Shown here piece by piece: positions 23,483 to 37,300 of a DNA stretch of 64,000 bases. The notes beneath the pieces were generated by a model. It was not told the origin of the DNA and made no database searches. It worked only from the letters and a program-made list of their open reading frames with translations. This DNA is from Lama glama (taxonomy: Eukaryota): NCBI GenBank assembly GCA_028534125.1, contig CM052817.1:47122001-47186000 (forward strand). The letters run 5' to 3'. Position numbers and translations under genes: made by a program. The first letter of the stretch is position 1, and the number at the start of each line of letters is the position of its first letter.

Positions 23483-24406
23483 AGTTCACTTTAGCCATTT
23501 ATGAACTCATGGGATGGTCTATCCACCCTAGCAATTTCCATAATGAGGAATGCACTTTTGTAAGCAGAGAAATTGGCCTGTTTCTTAAAATAAAGAGATA
23601 TTAAAGGGATACACAGCAAAAGTTAAAAAGGCCATATGACTCTTTCTTACTTTTCTGTTTCAAATGCTATATTGTTATCTACTTTAGTTCCTTTTTGTGA
23701 CACTAGTCAGTATGCAGTGTGGCACTGGCCAGAGCTCTAACTTTCTCTGCTGTCTTAAGCACTGCTAAGTTCATCATTATTTATGTATTAGCTACCTATT
23801 ACAAGATCAGGTAATTGAACTAAGTAAAAAGTGGCCAGAGACCAGTTCTATGGACTGACACCTGTGCACCCATCCCCAGCACACACACTATGATTATAAT
23901 TGGGACCTAACTTTTCTTTTTTCTATTGAAGTATAGATGATTTACTGTATTATATTAGTTTCAGGTGTATGACACAGTGATTCCATTTTTTAAATAAATT
24001 ATTCTCCATTTAAATTTATTAAAAAATAATGACTATATTTCTCTGTGCTATACATTATATCCTTGTTGCTTATCTATTTTATACATAATAGTTTGTATCC
24101 TTAATTGATACTGTGAGTCTGTTTCTCTTTTGTTATGTACATTCATTTGATTTTACTCCTTATGCCATCTTCCTTTAGAGCATCTGCATAATACTGTGGT
24201 TTATAAGAAATACATTCTAGCACAGAGCTCATAGAATCCTTGTAATTTTCTTTTATTATGTTAATGAAGTGAATTTTGGTAAAACTTAAGGATGGGGGCT
24301 GGTTGATAGGAAGCCAACCAGGTGATTAGAGGGTTGGAAATTTTAGGTCCAACATCACAGTCTCTGGAAGGGAGGAAAGAGGGGTTGGAGGTTGAATTAA
24401 TCACCA

Positions 24407-24558
24407 ATTCACAGGGAAATATATACAAGATCTTGTGATAGCTCACAGCAAAAAAAAAAAAGTGACAATGAATATATGTATGTTCATGTATAACTGAAAA
24501 ATGTGCTCTATACTGGAATTTGACACAACATTGTAAAATGATTAGAACTCAATAAAAA
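24407..24558 (+). mobile_element. Short 5'-truncated L1 3' end with TSD
   Basis: acagggaaatatatacaagatc..aactcaataaaaaa; TSD AATCACCA at 24399-24406 and 24559-24566. Confidence 0.85.
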
Positions 24559-24688
24559 AATCACCAGTGGACAATAATTTAATCAAATCATGTCTATGTA
24601 TTGAAGCTTCCATAAAAACTCACTGATGAGTTTCAGTGAGCTTCCCAGTTGGTAAACACGTGGAGGTATGGGGCGAGTAGTGCACTTG

Positions 24689-25196
24689 TGTTACTGGAGA
24701 GCAGGTTCTTGTCTTGTCATAGAAAGATTTGAGAAATGAGACATGGAGGTCAAGAAAGCAAAGTGAGGATTTATTAAGCAATAGTACAACTCTCAAGGGT
24801 AGAGCAGGCAGACTCAGGTGAGTAGCTGTGCTGAGTTTCTTTGGCAAGCTGGTTATATGGGGTGTAAAAATGAATGGACAGAATATTCATTAAGGGAAGA
24901 GGGGTTTGGGGTCATATTTCCTGATTTTCATCCCAGCTACATCTTCCTGAGGGGAGGAAGGATTTTTGTCCTTATTTAGTCTTGATCAGAAGTGTCATGG
25001 TGTTGGTACACGATGGGTACTTCTAATCTGCATGGCTAATTTTATTATAATGAGTGTATAATGAAGAACAAGGTATATTAGAAGTCAAATCTTCTGCCAT
25101 CTTGGGCCTAGTTGGTTCTAACCAGCTTACATCCTGTCTTCAATGGCTTTGTCATTCTTTTAATGGTTGTGCCCTGCCCTCTTCCCTGCTGTCTCA
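24689..25196 (-). mobile_element. Solo ERV1-type LTR
   Basis: TG..CA termini; 4-bp TSD CTTG (24685-88, 25197-200); antisense AATAAA (tttatt, ~24770). Confidence 0.85.
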
Positions 25197-27752
25197 CTTG
25201 GAGAAGGTATGGAAGCTCAGTGACCCTTCTCATATCTTGCCCTATGCATCTCTTCAATCTGGCTGTTCCTGAGTTATATCCTTTTATAATAAAGGTGATC
25301 TAGTAAGTAAAATGTTTCTTTGAGTTCTGTGAGTCACTCTAGAAAATTTATTGAACCTGAGGAGGGGCTTGTGGGAATCTCTGATTTATAGCCAGTTTGT
25401 CAGAAATATAGGTAATAATCTGGACATGTGACTGGCATCTGAAGTCCAAGGAATGGGGTCATTGGAACCTTCAACCTATAACTTGTCAGTCAGATACAGT
25501 GATAACCTGAGATTGTGATTGGTGTCTGAAGAGGGGAGGGTCTTGTAGGGCTAAACCCTTAACCTGTGGGGTCTGATGCTATCTTGATGCAGATAGTGTC
25601 AGAATTGAGTTAAATTGTAGGACACCCAGCTGGTGTCTGAGCATTGCTTGCTTGCTGGTCTGGTGGAAAAACCCCTGCCTCCACACATTGAAACTGGTGA
25701 CAAGAACCTTTTAAACCTGGCTTTGCATTCTGTTTCTTTGCTGGAATCCGGTGATTGGATGCTGATTAGCTGACAACGTTAGTAAGGACCAACTGGTCTG
25801 AGCCCCTATACCTCACTTGGACATTCTCATCCTGGCTGAAATGGAAGTCTCGATTAACTTGATGATTAATCACCCACTCCTTCTTGAAACTCAGCTCTTC
25901 TGATTTCCATGAGGCTACACTCTCATGGTACACCACTCACCAGCAGAACTATCTTTCCATGTCTCCTTCCTTAAACATTGGTGGTTGTTGAGGTTTCGGG
26001 AGTGATAATCATGTCTCCTTCCAACGTGGCTTCTGAACCAATGGAGAAGTAGACACAAAATGCAGATGGAGATCAACATACCAGTTTTTATTACAATAAG
26101 GCTGAATTGGAGAATGTAGCCTGAGACCACATTTGGATGACTCAGTCTTTTGACAGAATTGGATAGAGTCTTTCACTCAGTTGTAGGCAGCGAAGCAGGA
26201 AACCCGTAGGCCTCCTCTGTCAGGGCAGAGCCTGCTTCTGTAGCTCCCTGCTTTATAAATAAGAATATGTACCCACGCAGTAGGCCAACTATTCTGAAGG
26301 TGAAGGAAAATTGGATCCTGGGCCACCCTTGTACAAACACACTTTTCTGCTTTACCAGTCTAATAAATCACTCTTCTTTCCTTGAAGTCCTCCCTGAAAG
26401 TGCATGAGAAATATATTTTTTACTTTGTAGGCTGTCCAGTCTGATATGCAGATATCCTCCCAATATCTGATTAATGAATCTCCCTCCTTGTTCCACAAAC
26501 AATAAGTCATCAGTTCTTCATATGCTATTAATGATGGCGACTGCCCCAACCCTAACTCCTTATATTTATACCTACGCCTTGATGATTGTTCCTTTAGTTT
26601 TTTTGTACTTATGTAGCTCTCATACCACATTTTGGAAAAAAAAATTACAAATACTTGTTCTGTAGGAATTTTTTTTTAGGCTTAGAAAACAGATACCTTA
26701 TGAGCATATTTCTTAAACTTTGGAAGCATGCATTCTTTAAATTTCCACATTTAATTAGGGGTATAATAATGATGTTTTCTTGTAAAATGACATACTTTCC
26801 TAGTGACCCTCATGCTAGGATTTCTAATGGAAATAGACTCTCATCAGCCCTCAGAACATTGGCATTAATGGAGCCTTGTACTTTTACATGAGTCTGAAGC
26901 TTAGTTCAGAACAAGTATTCTAAAATCTGGAAAGATTTGTGATTCTGAGTAGACAGTCTGATAAAACATCTAAAATATTTTTTAGTATCCCCAATGGGTC
27001 TCAGCTGAGTAAGGGAGAGTGTTCTGAACGGTCCCTTTCACCAAGACTGAGAAACTACATTAAGTTGTAACCTCTTTGCTTATAAAGCTTTTTAATTTTT
27101 TTTTAAAACATCAAACCATGTGTACATTGGACTTGAGCTGTTTCCTCCATGTTGGAAATGCCCTTCCCAGTGTGAAATGCTTCTCTTCACGTGCACTGAG
27201 GTAGAGACAGGCTTTGTCTTGGGCACTGAGTGAGGGACAATAAACATTTTCCAGTCAGTTCAGTGCTGGAAGGCAGGAAAGTACTTAGTGAATGAGTCAA
27301 CATCTAATGGCCCCCTCCTGTGTGCAGAGAATGGTTGAAGCACTGATGGGAATAGACATTCTGTTAGTTCATGTTCTCTTCTTGGCATATGCCCATTTTC
27401 TGATGGAAAACCTAGCATAAAAAGAGAAATTCTTGTGAGTCACTGTATTAGTGTGTTGGGTAATACTCTGTAGGTTCATATTCTAACTCCTGTAACACAT
27501 AAAGTCATCTACCCAATCTGCAACACCACTCAACCTCTTGTATATTTAGGATTTCCCCCTTCTAGATTCATGAATGCTTTCTAGATGAGCCATAAGAAGA
27601 CAAGCCATCTGAGTGTCTCTTTTACTTTCTTGAGTAGAAAAATATCTGTAGTCATTAGGACTGATTTTGACTTTCCACTGCTTGACCTACATCCAAAGCC
27701 TGCATTTCACTCCGTTGCTAGATAACTATACTGGTTGTACAATTCATCTTTC

Positions 27753-28238
27753 TGTTACTGAATGTAAGTTTACGTGCCCTATTCACAGTGAGGCCAAACA
27801 AACTGGAGCATTGGAGTATGAAGCAGAGAAAGGTTTATTGAAGGGCCAAGCAAAGAGAATGGGTGGTCGTGCTCAAAAGCCCGAACTCTCTGACGGCTTT
27901 TGGGAAGAAGTTTTTAAAGGCAGACTTTGGGGTGAGGGCTGCAAGGTGTGTGAATTTCTTCTGCTTGTTTGGTGCTGGGATAACAGAGCAATGTTCAGGA
28001 ATCTTGTGCTCAGCCTGAAGTTACCATCCTCCACCTGGGTGGGGGCCTTAGTTCCTGCAGAAGAACTCAAAGATATCCTGTTATGTACATCCCCTGAGGA
28101 GGAATGAGCTGCACTATTGTTTCTTGACTTGCTCCTACTTTGTTTTCTGCCCTGATTAGCAACTGTTTGAATCTGCCCTTTGGAACTCAGAAAAGGTGGC
28201 AGGGAAGGGGAGAGGGCACAGGGTCCTGCTCAGTTTCA
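27753..28238 (-). mobile_element. Solo ERV1-type LTR
   Basis: TG..CA termini; 4-bp TSD TTTC (27749-52, 28239-42); antisense polyA signal at ~27834. Confidence 0.85.
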
Positions 28239-28969
28239 TTTCCCATTCTTTTCCCAAGAAATCCATTAGAACTTTGGATTTCTGAACCATTTACTGGTTT
28301 CTTCATTCATTCATTTAACAGTATTTATTGAGTATCTGAGCACCAGGGTTACAAAGATAAGTAATATACAGTTCCTGACTTTGAGATACCAAATATCTAC
28401 AAAATATCTAGTGATGAGAACAGACATAGAAACTAACAGTGACAAGATGATTTCTTGTCAGTTAAGTATGTACAAAGGTGGAGGTGTCAATTGTTTTGGA
28501 TGAGAAGGGGAAAATGGAACTTTCTGGCTTTGTCTTAGATCACCTACGAGGAGTTTCCCAGGTGGAAAGGAACCTAGAGAGAAAAAAATGTGCTCAGGAA
28601 TTGTATTATTTAACCAGACCCAGAACATTGTGTCTTTGGGGGTAAACAGCAAGCATTTAACATAGAAACTGAGAAACATTGAATGGCAGATTTCCTCCTA
28701 GTGGAGTGAGGTTCCTGGTGCAAAAGAAAGGAGAATGGTTCTCATCCAGAGAAACATTGCAAAATCAAGTGAACTAAAGACAGTTTCATATTCATGCATT
28801 TGGATGTTTGTTTTTTAGCATTAAGCTTATTTATCATGTTTTAATTTTAAATTACTTCAGGACCCAAATATTTCTTTGGTTGTGCATGTATTATTGAACT
28901 GTAACAGCATGATTAGCATAATCTTGGTTTGACCCGTATCTTTATTTGATTTTTCTCTCCTTCTTCCAG

Positions 28970-29032
28970 GATTATACACTGAGTGTGAGCAGCCAGACCA
29001 AAACCTCTGATGTGGCCAAGAACAAGGACTGG
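28970..29032 (+). other. Candidate 63-nt exon of an unidentified host gene (DYTLSVSSQTKTSDVAKNKDW if coding)
   Basis: Strong acceptor ttttctctccttcttccag|G, donor TGG|gtgagc, length a multiple of 3, one open frame, unique sequence. Confidence 0.4.
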
Positions 29033-30970
29033 GTGAGCCAAGAGTGAAGGGGCAAGAGATGTTAGATGACTCTGTGGTCAAGCCAACAGCATGTTTGGCC
29101 TCATTGCCGTGAATGATTGCTGAATTCTTTAGAATAGGGGAACTTGGGTAAATGAGTGCTCTTGTTCTCAACTGACCACACTGGAGATTTGTGTGGCCAC
29201 TAGCCCCACCCTGTCTTGGATAGACTGAGCAACTCAGGAAACGGAGGAAGCTAGAACTTAATGCTGTTCGGGTTTTTTTTTTCCTAATACAGTGAATTTG
29301 TTATTGTAGTTTACATTTGTTTTTAAATATCTTTTTCATTTCTGAGATTTTCCTCCATTTTTCTATTCAGATGAAAATCCTCCACTTAAGTATGTAGGTC
29401 ATTGGAAGATGCTGAGGGAAGAAGAATGGAGAGCTTAATTTTTAATGCTTGTTATCATAAAATATATTATTTTTAATATTTTGGGTTGTGAATGAAGTGG
29501 ATCAGCTAACACACTTGAACGTAAACATCTTCTTTGCTCTAAATTTGTTAGTTGAGAAAGGAAAGTCAGAGTATTCATAAGTCCGAGTCAAGTAAAATTG
29601 CTTTTACCCTGGAAAAGGTGCTCGTACACTGCGTTGGTAACATCAACAACAAACAGCTCTATGTAGAGTGTTTTCTAGTCCTTCCATCCTCTGTATATCT
29701 AGACATGTTTTTGTTTATCCTGCATGGTTATAATGATATCCCATAATCCCCCTTTGTTTCCATAAGCCAAAGGAAAAATGGATCTCATTAATCCGTGGTA
29801 GCTTTCATTTAGTAAAGGATACATTCTGGCCATTTTTTCTCTACTCTTTATTAGGATAGCCATCATTTTTACCCCTAAGAAAAACTGATAAAGAGAGTGA
29901 AAATAGGAATCAAGGTATCAAAGCACTTTGCAAGCCCTGCAGTGTAAATATGTGCTTCTTGGGAAGCAGGATCAGATGACATACTGTTGGAAGAACTCTA
30001 CATTTGTTATTTCGGTCTCTATAACAACCCTAATCCCCAATTTATAACTCCCAGTTTTCAGATGGGGTAACTGAAGTCTGGAGATTTTAAGTAACTTGCT
30101 CAAGACCCAGTCAAGTTGCTGGAGCTTTAATTCAGGCACTGTGGGCTGTCAATCATTATGCTACAAATAATTTTTGATTTTAGTGGGAGAAAAAAATCAC
30201 TTTTCTTGATTGAGTTTAATTGGTAAAAGGTAATCACCTTATAAAGTCTATTTTCATTTTAATTCTTCCGATTTTACAGACGACAGATTTAAATGTGCTT
30301 GCAGCTACTGTAGTTTCAAAGATATGAAATCAGGTGGCTGTACACTGGCAAACTAAGCAGCTGTTTTGAGACACACATGACTAACACTTGGCTAGACCCC
30401 ACACCTGGTACTGGGCCACAGTAAGCACACCCCCCTGGCTGAACTCAGACATTGAAAACATTCAGTCTTTGCACATTAGCAGACTCCTGCTTTGTTCACA
30501 CAAGTGTGGATTTTTTATAAAGCACAAGACAAATATGCATGAAACTTTTCAGAGGGAGATTGTATTTGAAGGGGTAGTTCGTCTTCAGGTTGTTTAAATT
30601 GGACACTGTTCAGTAGTTAGAACAAACGCAAACTTCCACATGCTGTGCGAATTAGAAACTATGCAAAACAGTACAATAAGGGTGGCTATCCCAACTCCCC
30701 TGAAAAGAGAATATCGGGTGGTAAATAATAAATGCTATGTTATGATTGGATGCTTAGATTTAAGGACCATCTGATACTTATTAGCTATGCAATATTAAAG
30801 TCATTTAAACTCTGTGACTTAGTTTCTTCATGCGTAGAATGAAGATAATAATAGCACCAATATCATATAGTTATTGTGAAGATTAGATCAGATAATATAG
30901 GAAAAGCATACGGAGTGCCTGGCATAGAGTAAGCCCTCAATGCCAAGAATTAATGCATTCTTGAGAATGT

Positions 30971-31104
30971 TGGGGAAGGATGTAGCTCAGTGGTAGAGTG
31001 CATGCCTAGCATGTGCAAGGTACTGGGTTCAATCCCCAGTACCTCCATTAAATAGATAAATAAATCTAATCACCACCCCTCCAAAAAAAAAATTTAAAAA
31101 AAAA
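30971..31104 (+). mobile_element. Full-length Vic-1-like tRNA-derived SINE
   Basis: A box TAGCTCAGTGG, B box GGTTCAATCC, A-rich tail, TSD GAGAATGT (30963-70, 31105-12). Confidence 0.9.
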
Positions 31105-31241
31105 GAGAATGTGTATTATGGATTGCTGTTTGTCTAAACTGGGCCGTGAGTGACTTCAACAAATAAGAGCTCACTAATGAGCCTTTTGTTTATACTAGCT
31201 ATCAATACCCACCCAGTTAAACTGAGGTGATAGTTGGTGTC

Positions 31242-31686
31242 TGTTGGGCTGCACCCCTTAGGCTCTCAAGGCCTGTATTCACCCAGCTTCAAGACTAAAG
31301 AAAGATCCCTGAGTCAGTGACAGAGACATCGATGGTTTAATGGATAAGGATTTCTTACACAGCCATCTGAAGCCAGGTCCTGAAGTGACTCCACGCTGTG
31401 TGCAGCAGATAGCAAGCAAGACATACGGCAGTCCTCGCTCCCAGGGGCAGTGGGAGGTGAGCAGTTGTAGGGGGAATTGACATCAATTAGCTCATCAGTT
31501 ACCATGAAAACCGGCAGAGGGGCATGCCCCTTGCTGCCCTTTTGGTGAGAAGCAGCTCTAGCTGGGGTCTGGGGCAAGTATGTAGAAAGGCCAGCCAGGT
31601 GAGTAGGGTGTAGGTGAAGCAGGCATGGTCAGCAGCAGATGTACAGAGAGCACGAGGACAGCCATCTTGAGTGGCCTGACCACACA
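31242..31686 (-). mobile_element. Probable solo LTR, family not recognised
   Basis: TG..CA termini, near-TSD GTGTC/GTGTT, GC-richer than flanks. Confidence 0.6.
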
Positions 31687-33289
31687 GTGTTGTGTTGATT
31701 TACCATGGTGGGTGGCTTATACAATTAAAAGCATATAAAGCTCTATGAACAGGTAAATCTATGACAAGGGCAGAAAAAAATTGAATCAGTATGTGCATGA
31801 TGGGAAAGTAAGATTATTTTGGGAAAATGCAGTTTGTCTCCTATCAGACTTTTGCCCAAGGCCAGGCTAGCTCTAGAGTCACCGCAAGCTTTCATAATGT
31901 TTGTCTATGTTCCACTAGACAGGAATGCATTTTGAACTTGAAGACATTTTGGTTTAGATGATGGTAATAACTTACAGGCCTTAAAAGTCTTCTCTGAACT
32001 GTCCCCCCCAATATGCTTCCAATAGTTCTGCTGCTGGTGGTGTATCAGCAGTCTGTGAGAAATATCATAGATGTGTTTGTCTGTTAAATCCCTTAATTAA
32101 AAGTGGATTAGAGGTGACTTTTCTAAAAACAAGACTGCAGTGTTCCATATTTTGTGCATTGGTAATCAGTTCCCTTTAAAACTTCAGACTCATTTTTAAA
32201 TTCTGCATTTTTTATCTGCTATTCATTAGCATTTACAGATGGTTACTAAATAAATAAATAAATGCATGGAAAAACAAAGAAGACTTCATATGCCACAAGT
32301 GTATTCTGAAAAAGCTGGCCAAGTTTCCAAATGCTCAGGCTACTAATAGAAAGTATTAAAAATAATAAACTTTTATAGAATTCTTGCTTTATTATACTTC
32401 TATGACTCTTTACTGGAATGCTTGCCACATGCAACTCACTAGAATCTTTGGGTCATAGTCAGTATACTGACTGTTCTGTTGTTTTAGAAAGTTACCCCAG
32501 CACTCAGGTTGGTACAACTCCTGTTTACTTGAATGTCCTGGAATTAATTTTATATAAGCTGTGCATTTATAGCCCCTAGCCAGATTATAGGAAAGCATCT
32601 GGAATGCAAAAGTAAAATAATTTCTGTAACAAAACTGAGCCATTTATTGGAGGTAAGAATAGACTGGTCCCTTGTAGGGCACAGCAGACTTAGAATATAT
32701 ACCACATGCCCTTCCAGGGTGGGCTTAATGACTTCTTTTCCAGGCCTCACTCTTGTTATGTCTGTTCACATTTCAACTGTTGTCATCTTATGGGTGGGTT
32801 GTCATCTTATGCTAATTTGGAAAAGAGAGAAACTAAGAAACAGTTCACACCATCTAAGCTAATCCTCCATAAACAACATTATTCTTGAAATGAGAGATGA
32901 GGGCTAAGTTGTACCAAATGGAATTTGTAATAGGGAAAGCACCAGGCTGATCCACCTGTTTGTGTGTTCTTTAGTGGACAGAACAGAAACAGACTTTTAA
33001 TTCCATGCCAACTATTTAATTGCATACATAAAACTTGTGTGAAATATTGACAGTCTTAGTTCGAAGAGACTCATCTACAAAAGGGATAGAAGCCTGAAGT
33101 ATGTGACAGAATGAATGGAGAAACACATTCAGGACTGTTGCTCACTCTCAGTAAGCTAGCAGTATTATCTAGGTTTCTTTAGTATATATGTATGCACTTA
33201 AAGAGAAAAAGCATCTCTTTGCCATCATATAGTATTGGAATACTTCTTACCATATATAATTGTATGCTATCACTTTGTATACACACTAC

Positions 33290-33842
33290 TGTTAGAGCAG
33301 GCAGGTGGCTAGTTGTCTAGATATGAACAGAGAAAGGGGGACACGGGCCAAATGACAGGAAACCACACATCTTGTGAACAGCGTGGATCCTTGGGCAGAC
33401 CAAGGAAGGCAAGGACCTCTGGAATGATAAGAAACTATATATTTTGGGTTGATAAGTATCCTGGAAGCAGACAAAGAAGGTGGGACAAGACAAGACTCTC
33501 CAGCATCTGAATCTAACCTTTCACTCATTATACCCTCATCCAACTTCCTGATCAAGACCAAAGAAAGACAAAATCCTTCCTTCCCTCGGAAAGATGGAGC
33601 TGGGATGAAGATCAGGAAAGAACCTCAAACGCCTCCCCTCCAATATATTCTCCCCATTGGGTTTTACACCTCATATAACCAGCTTGCCAAAGAAACTCAG
33701 CACAGATTCTTATCTGAGTCTGTTCACTCTCCCCTTGTGAGTGTACTATCTCTTAAAAAAATCCCCACTTTACTTTCTTGACCTCCGTGTCTCATTTCTG
33801 AATTCTTTCTTTGAGAAGACAAGAGCCTGCTCTTTGGTAACA
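33290..33842 (+). mobile_element. Solo ERV1-type LTR
   Basis: TG..CA termini, 4-bp TSD CTAC (33286-89, 33843-46), TATA-like catataa at ~33672. Confidence 0.85.
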
Positions 33843-34309
33843 CTACCAAAGTAGGGTGACATGGCTGATCCTACAGTGAAAAACCAAGGAAAGAGAAAAA
33901 GGATCTAACAATTGTCTACCTACTTTGTATCAGGCACTGTGCTAGTATATTATATACACTAATTCAGTATCTCCTCAGTATCAAAGGACTATTATATTTC
34001 TCACAAATGGCTGATGTATTGGCATTATTAGATCTATTTTTTTTAGTTCAGAAAATATTTATATGGACTATAAATTATTATCCTATGTAGTAGAGGCAAC
34101 TACTAATCAAATTTTACAAATGAAGTCACTGAGGCTAAGAAAGATTGGGTAAATTGTTGGAGATTCCACAGCTAGTGTTTGATTCGGAGAAGCTAGATAT
34201 ATCATTGAACAATGGCCAGACCACATGTAAAAATTGAACTTTGATCTATAACCTGTAGCAACCAGCCCAGGAATCCAAACCACCATCTGCAGTAGTGCAG
34301 ACTCACAGA

Positions 34310-37300
34310 AATTTGCTCTCATATTTTATTCTAAAAGTTTTATAGCTTTAGCTTTGACATTTATATCTGTGATACATTTGAATTAATTCTGTGTGTGGTG
34401 TTACAAAGAGTTTCAACTTTTTTTTTGTTTTGCGCATGTGGATATCCAATTTTCCCAGTAGCATTTGTTGAAAAGACTATTTTCAACTTGTTGAAAATCA
34501 GTTGACTGCAAAGTGAGCTCTTATTTCTAGACTATATCCCATTGATCTACTTATCTAAACTTGTTCTAGTACTATAGTTGTTTGATTACTATAGTTTTGT
34601 AGCAAGTTTTGAAACTAGGGAGTGAGTGTCCTTCAGACTGTTGAGTCAAGATTTTTTTTTTGACTATTTTGGATCCCATGAATTTTCCATATAAATTTTA
34701 GGATAAGCTTGTCAATTTCTGGGAAAAAAAAGTAGGTGGAATTTTGACAAGGGTTGCATTAAATCTGTAGATCGATTTGGTGAATATTGAAATCTTAAAA
34801 ATAAGTCTTCTGATCCATGAACATGAGATTTTTTTCTACTTATTTATGTGCTTTATTAATTTCTATCAGCAATGTTTTGTAGTTTTCAGAACATAAGTTT
34901 TACACTTATCTTGTTAAATTTATTCCAAAGGATTTGGTTCTTGTGATGCTTTTATAAATGGAATTATTTTCTTAATTTCACTTTAGGGTGGTTTACTGCT
35001 AGATAAAGAAATTCAATTAATTTTTGTGTATTGATCCTTTATCCTGCAAACTTGATGAACTTGTTAATTAGTTCTAATTGTGTTTTAGTGCATTCCTTAA
35101 GATTTTTCATATAAATGGTCATGTAATCGATAAATAGAGATAGCTTTACTTCTTCATTTCAAATCTGGATGCTTTTTATTTCTTTTTCTTGCCTAATTGT
35201 CTTGGTCATAACCTCCAGTAGAATGATGAATAGAAGGAACTAGAGTAGACATCCTTGTCTTGTTCCTCAATGTAGGATAAAGCATTTAGTCTTTCTCCAT
35301 GAAGTGTGATGTTAGCTCTGTATTTTTCAGAATATATTTTATAAGGTTGGGAAAGTTTCCTTCTTTTCCTGGTTGAACTCTTTTTTTCTTTTAGTTATAG
35401 AAGACTAATCGATTTTATCAGGTGCTTTTTATGCATATATGGAGATAATGATGTAATTTTTGTCCTTTACTCATATGTTTTATTACATTGATTAATTTCT
35501 GTATATTAAACAAACTTTACATTTCTGGGATACTCCACTTGGTCATAGTATATAATCATTTTTATATATTGCTGGATTCTGTTTGTAAGTATTTTGTTGG
35601 AAAATTTGACATCTATATTCACAAGAAATTCTGATCTATAGTTTTCTTTTCTTGCAACTCCTTTGGTTTTTGTCTCAGTGTAATATTGAAATTATAGAGT
35701 TAGTTGGGAATTATTTCTTCTTCTATTTTTTAAGATGAGTTTGTGAAGAATTGGTGTTAATTCTTTAAATATTTGGTAGAGTTCATCAGTGAAGCCGTCT
35801 CGGCCTGGGATATCCTTGTAGGAAGTCTTTTCATTACTAATACAATTTCTTTATTTGTTATAAGTCTATTCAGATTTTTTTTTCTTGAGGAGTTTCAGTA
35901 ACTTGTATCTCTATATGAATTTGTTCATTTTATCTACCTTATTTAATTTATTGGCATAAGATTTTTATAGTATTTCATTACACTTCTTAGTTCTGTAAAT
36001 TTGGTAGTGATGTCCTCTCTTTCATTCCTGATTTTAGTAATTTGAATGTTCTTTTTTTCTTTGTCTGACTAAAAGTTTGTTAATGGTGTTGATCTTTTCA
36101 TAGAACCAAGTTTTTGTTTTGTTGGTTTTGTTGATTTTCTTTACTGTTTTCTCCTCTATTTTTATTAATTTCTTACTTCTATTTGATTTAGGTTCAGGTG
36201 CTCTTTTTTACAGTGTTTTTAAAAGAAAGGTTCAATTATTGATTTGAGGTCTTCTTTTTTAATATAGGCATTTATAGTTGTAAATGTCCTTCCAAGCACT
36301 GCTTTACATGCATGCCATACCTTTTGATATGTTGTGTCTTAATTTTAATTCATCTTTTATTTTCTAATTTCACTTGTGATTTCTTCTTTTACCTATTGCA
36401 TCAGTTATTTATGTGTATGCTGTTTAATTTTTATGTATTTATAAATTTCCTCATTTTCTTTTTATTATTGATTCCTAATTTCATGTCAGTTTGATACAGG
36501 AAAAAGACAAATGTGGGGTGAGAGGATGGCCGTGTCCCGGGTCTTGGTTGAGTCCTTACAATGCACCCTGCCAAGTGTGGGTCCTTGGCTTCACACAAGA
36601 AAGAATTCAAGAGTGAGCCACAGTTGAGTAAAGGTAGATTTATTCAGAGAGACACATGCTCCATAGACAGTACAGGCTATTTCAGAAGGCAAGAGAAAGG
36701 CCATAAAGTGTGGGGGTTGGTGTTCAGTTTAACGTAAAAGTAGATACACACTCCGTAGACAGAGCATGGTCCATCTCACTCAGAAGGGAGAGTGGCCAAG
36801 AGGTGTGGGGGTGTTCGTTTTTATGGGCTCAGTAACTTTATATGCTAACAAGTGGGAGGATTATTCCAACTACCCTGGGGAAGGAGCTGGAGTTCCCAGG
36901 GACTGGGCCACCTCTCACTTTTTGACCATTTATGATTAGCCTCGGAACTGTCATGGCACCTGAGAGAGTGTCATTTACCTTGCTAATATACTACAGTGAG
37001 TGTATAATGAAGCTCAATGTCTACTGGAAGTCAAATCTGCCATCTTGGGTCTCAAGGCCTACTGGAAGTTGAAGCTTCCACCGTCTTGGTGTTAACTGCT
37101 GTCATTGCTTGAATGGCTGTGCCCTGCCCCCTCCCTCCTATCTCAAATTGGTGAACATCCTTGAAATTATTTCAGTCTTTTAAAATTTATTGAGGCTTGT
37201 TTTATTATCTAGCATACAGTTTATGCTAGAGAATGCTTCATGGACACTAAGAAAAATGTTTATTCTGATGTTGTAGGGTAGAGTGTTCCAGTGACGTCTG

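Larger units (their letters stand above)
24195..25702 (+). mobile_element. MER21-like LTR carrying two nested younger insertions
   Basis: tgtggtttataag..gtgattagagggttggaa..gagcttcccagttggt..agatagtgtcagaattgagttaaattgtaggacacccagctggtgtc. Strand assigned from remembered consensus. Confidence 0.75.

Noticed and set aside
30971..31045. tRNA gene
   Set aside because: Has A/B boxes but also a SINE tail, poly(A) and TSD; it is a tRNA-derived SINE.
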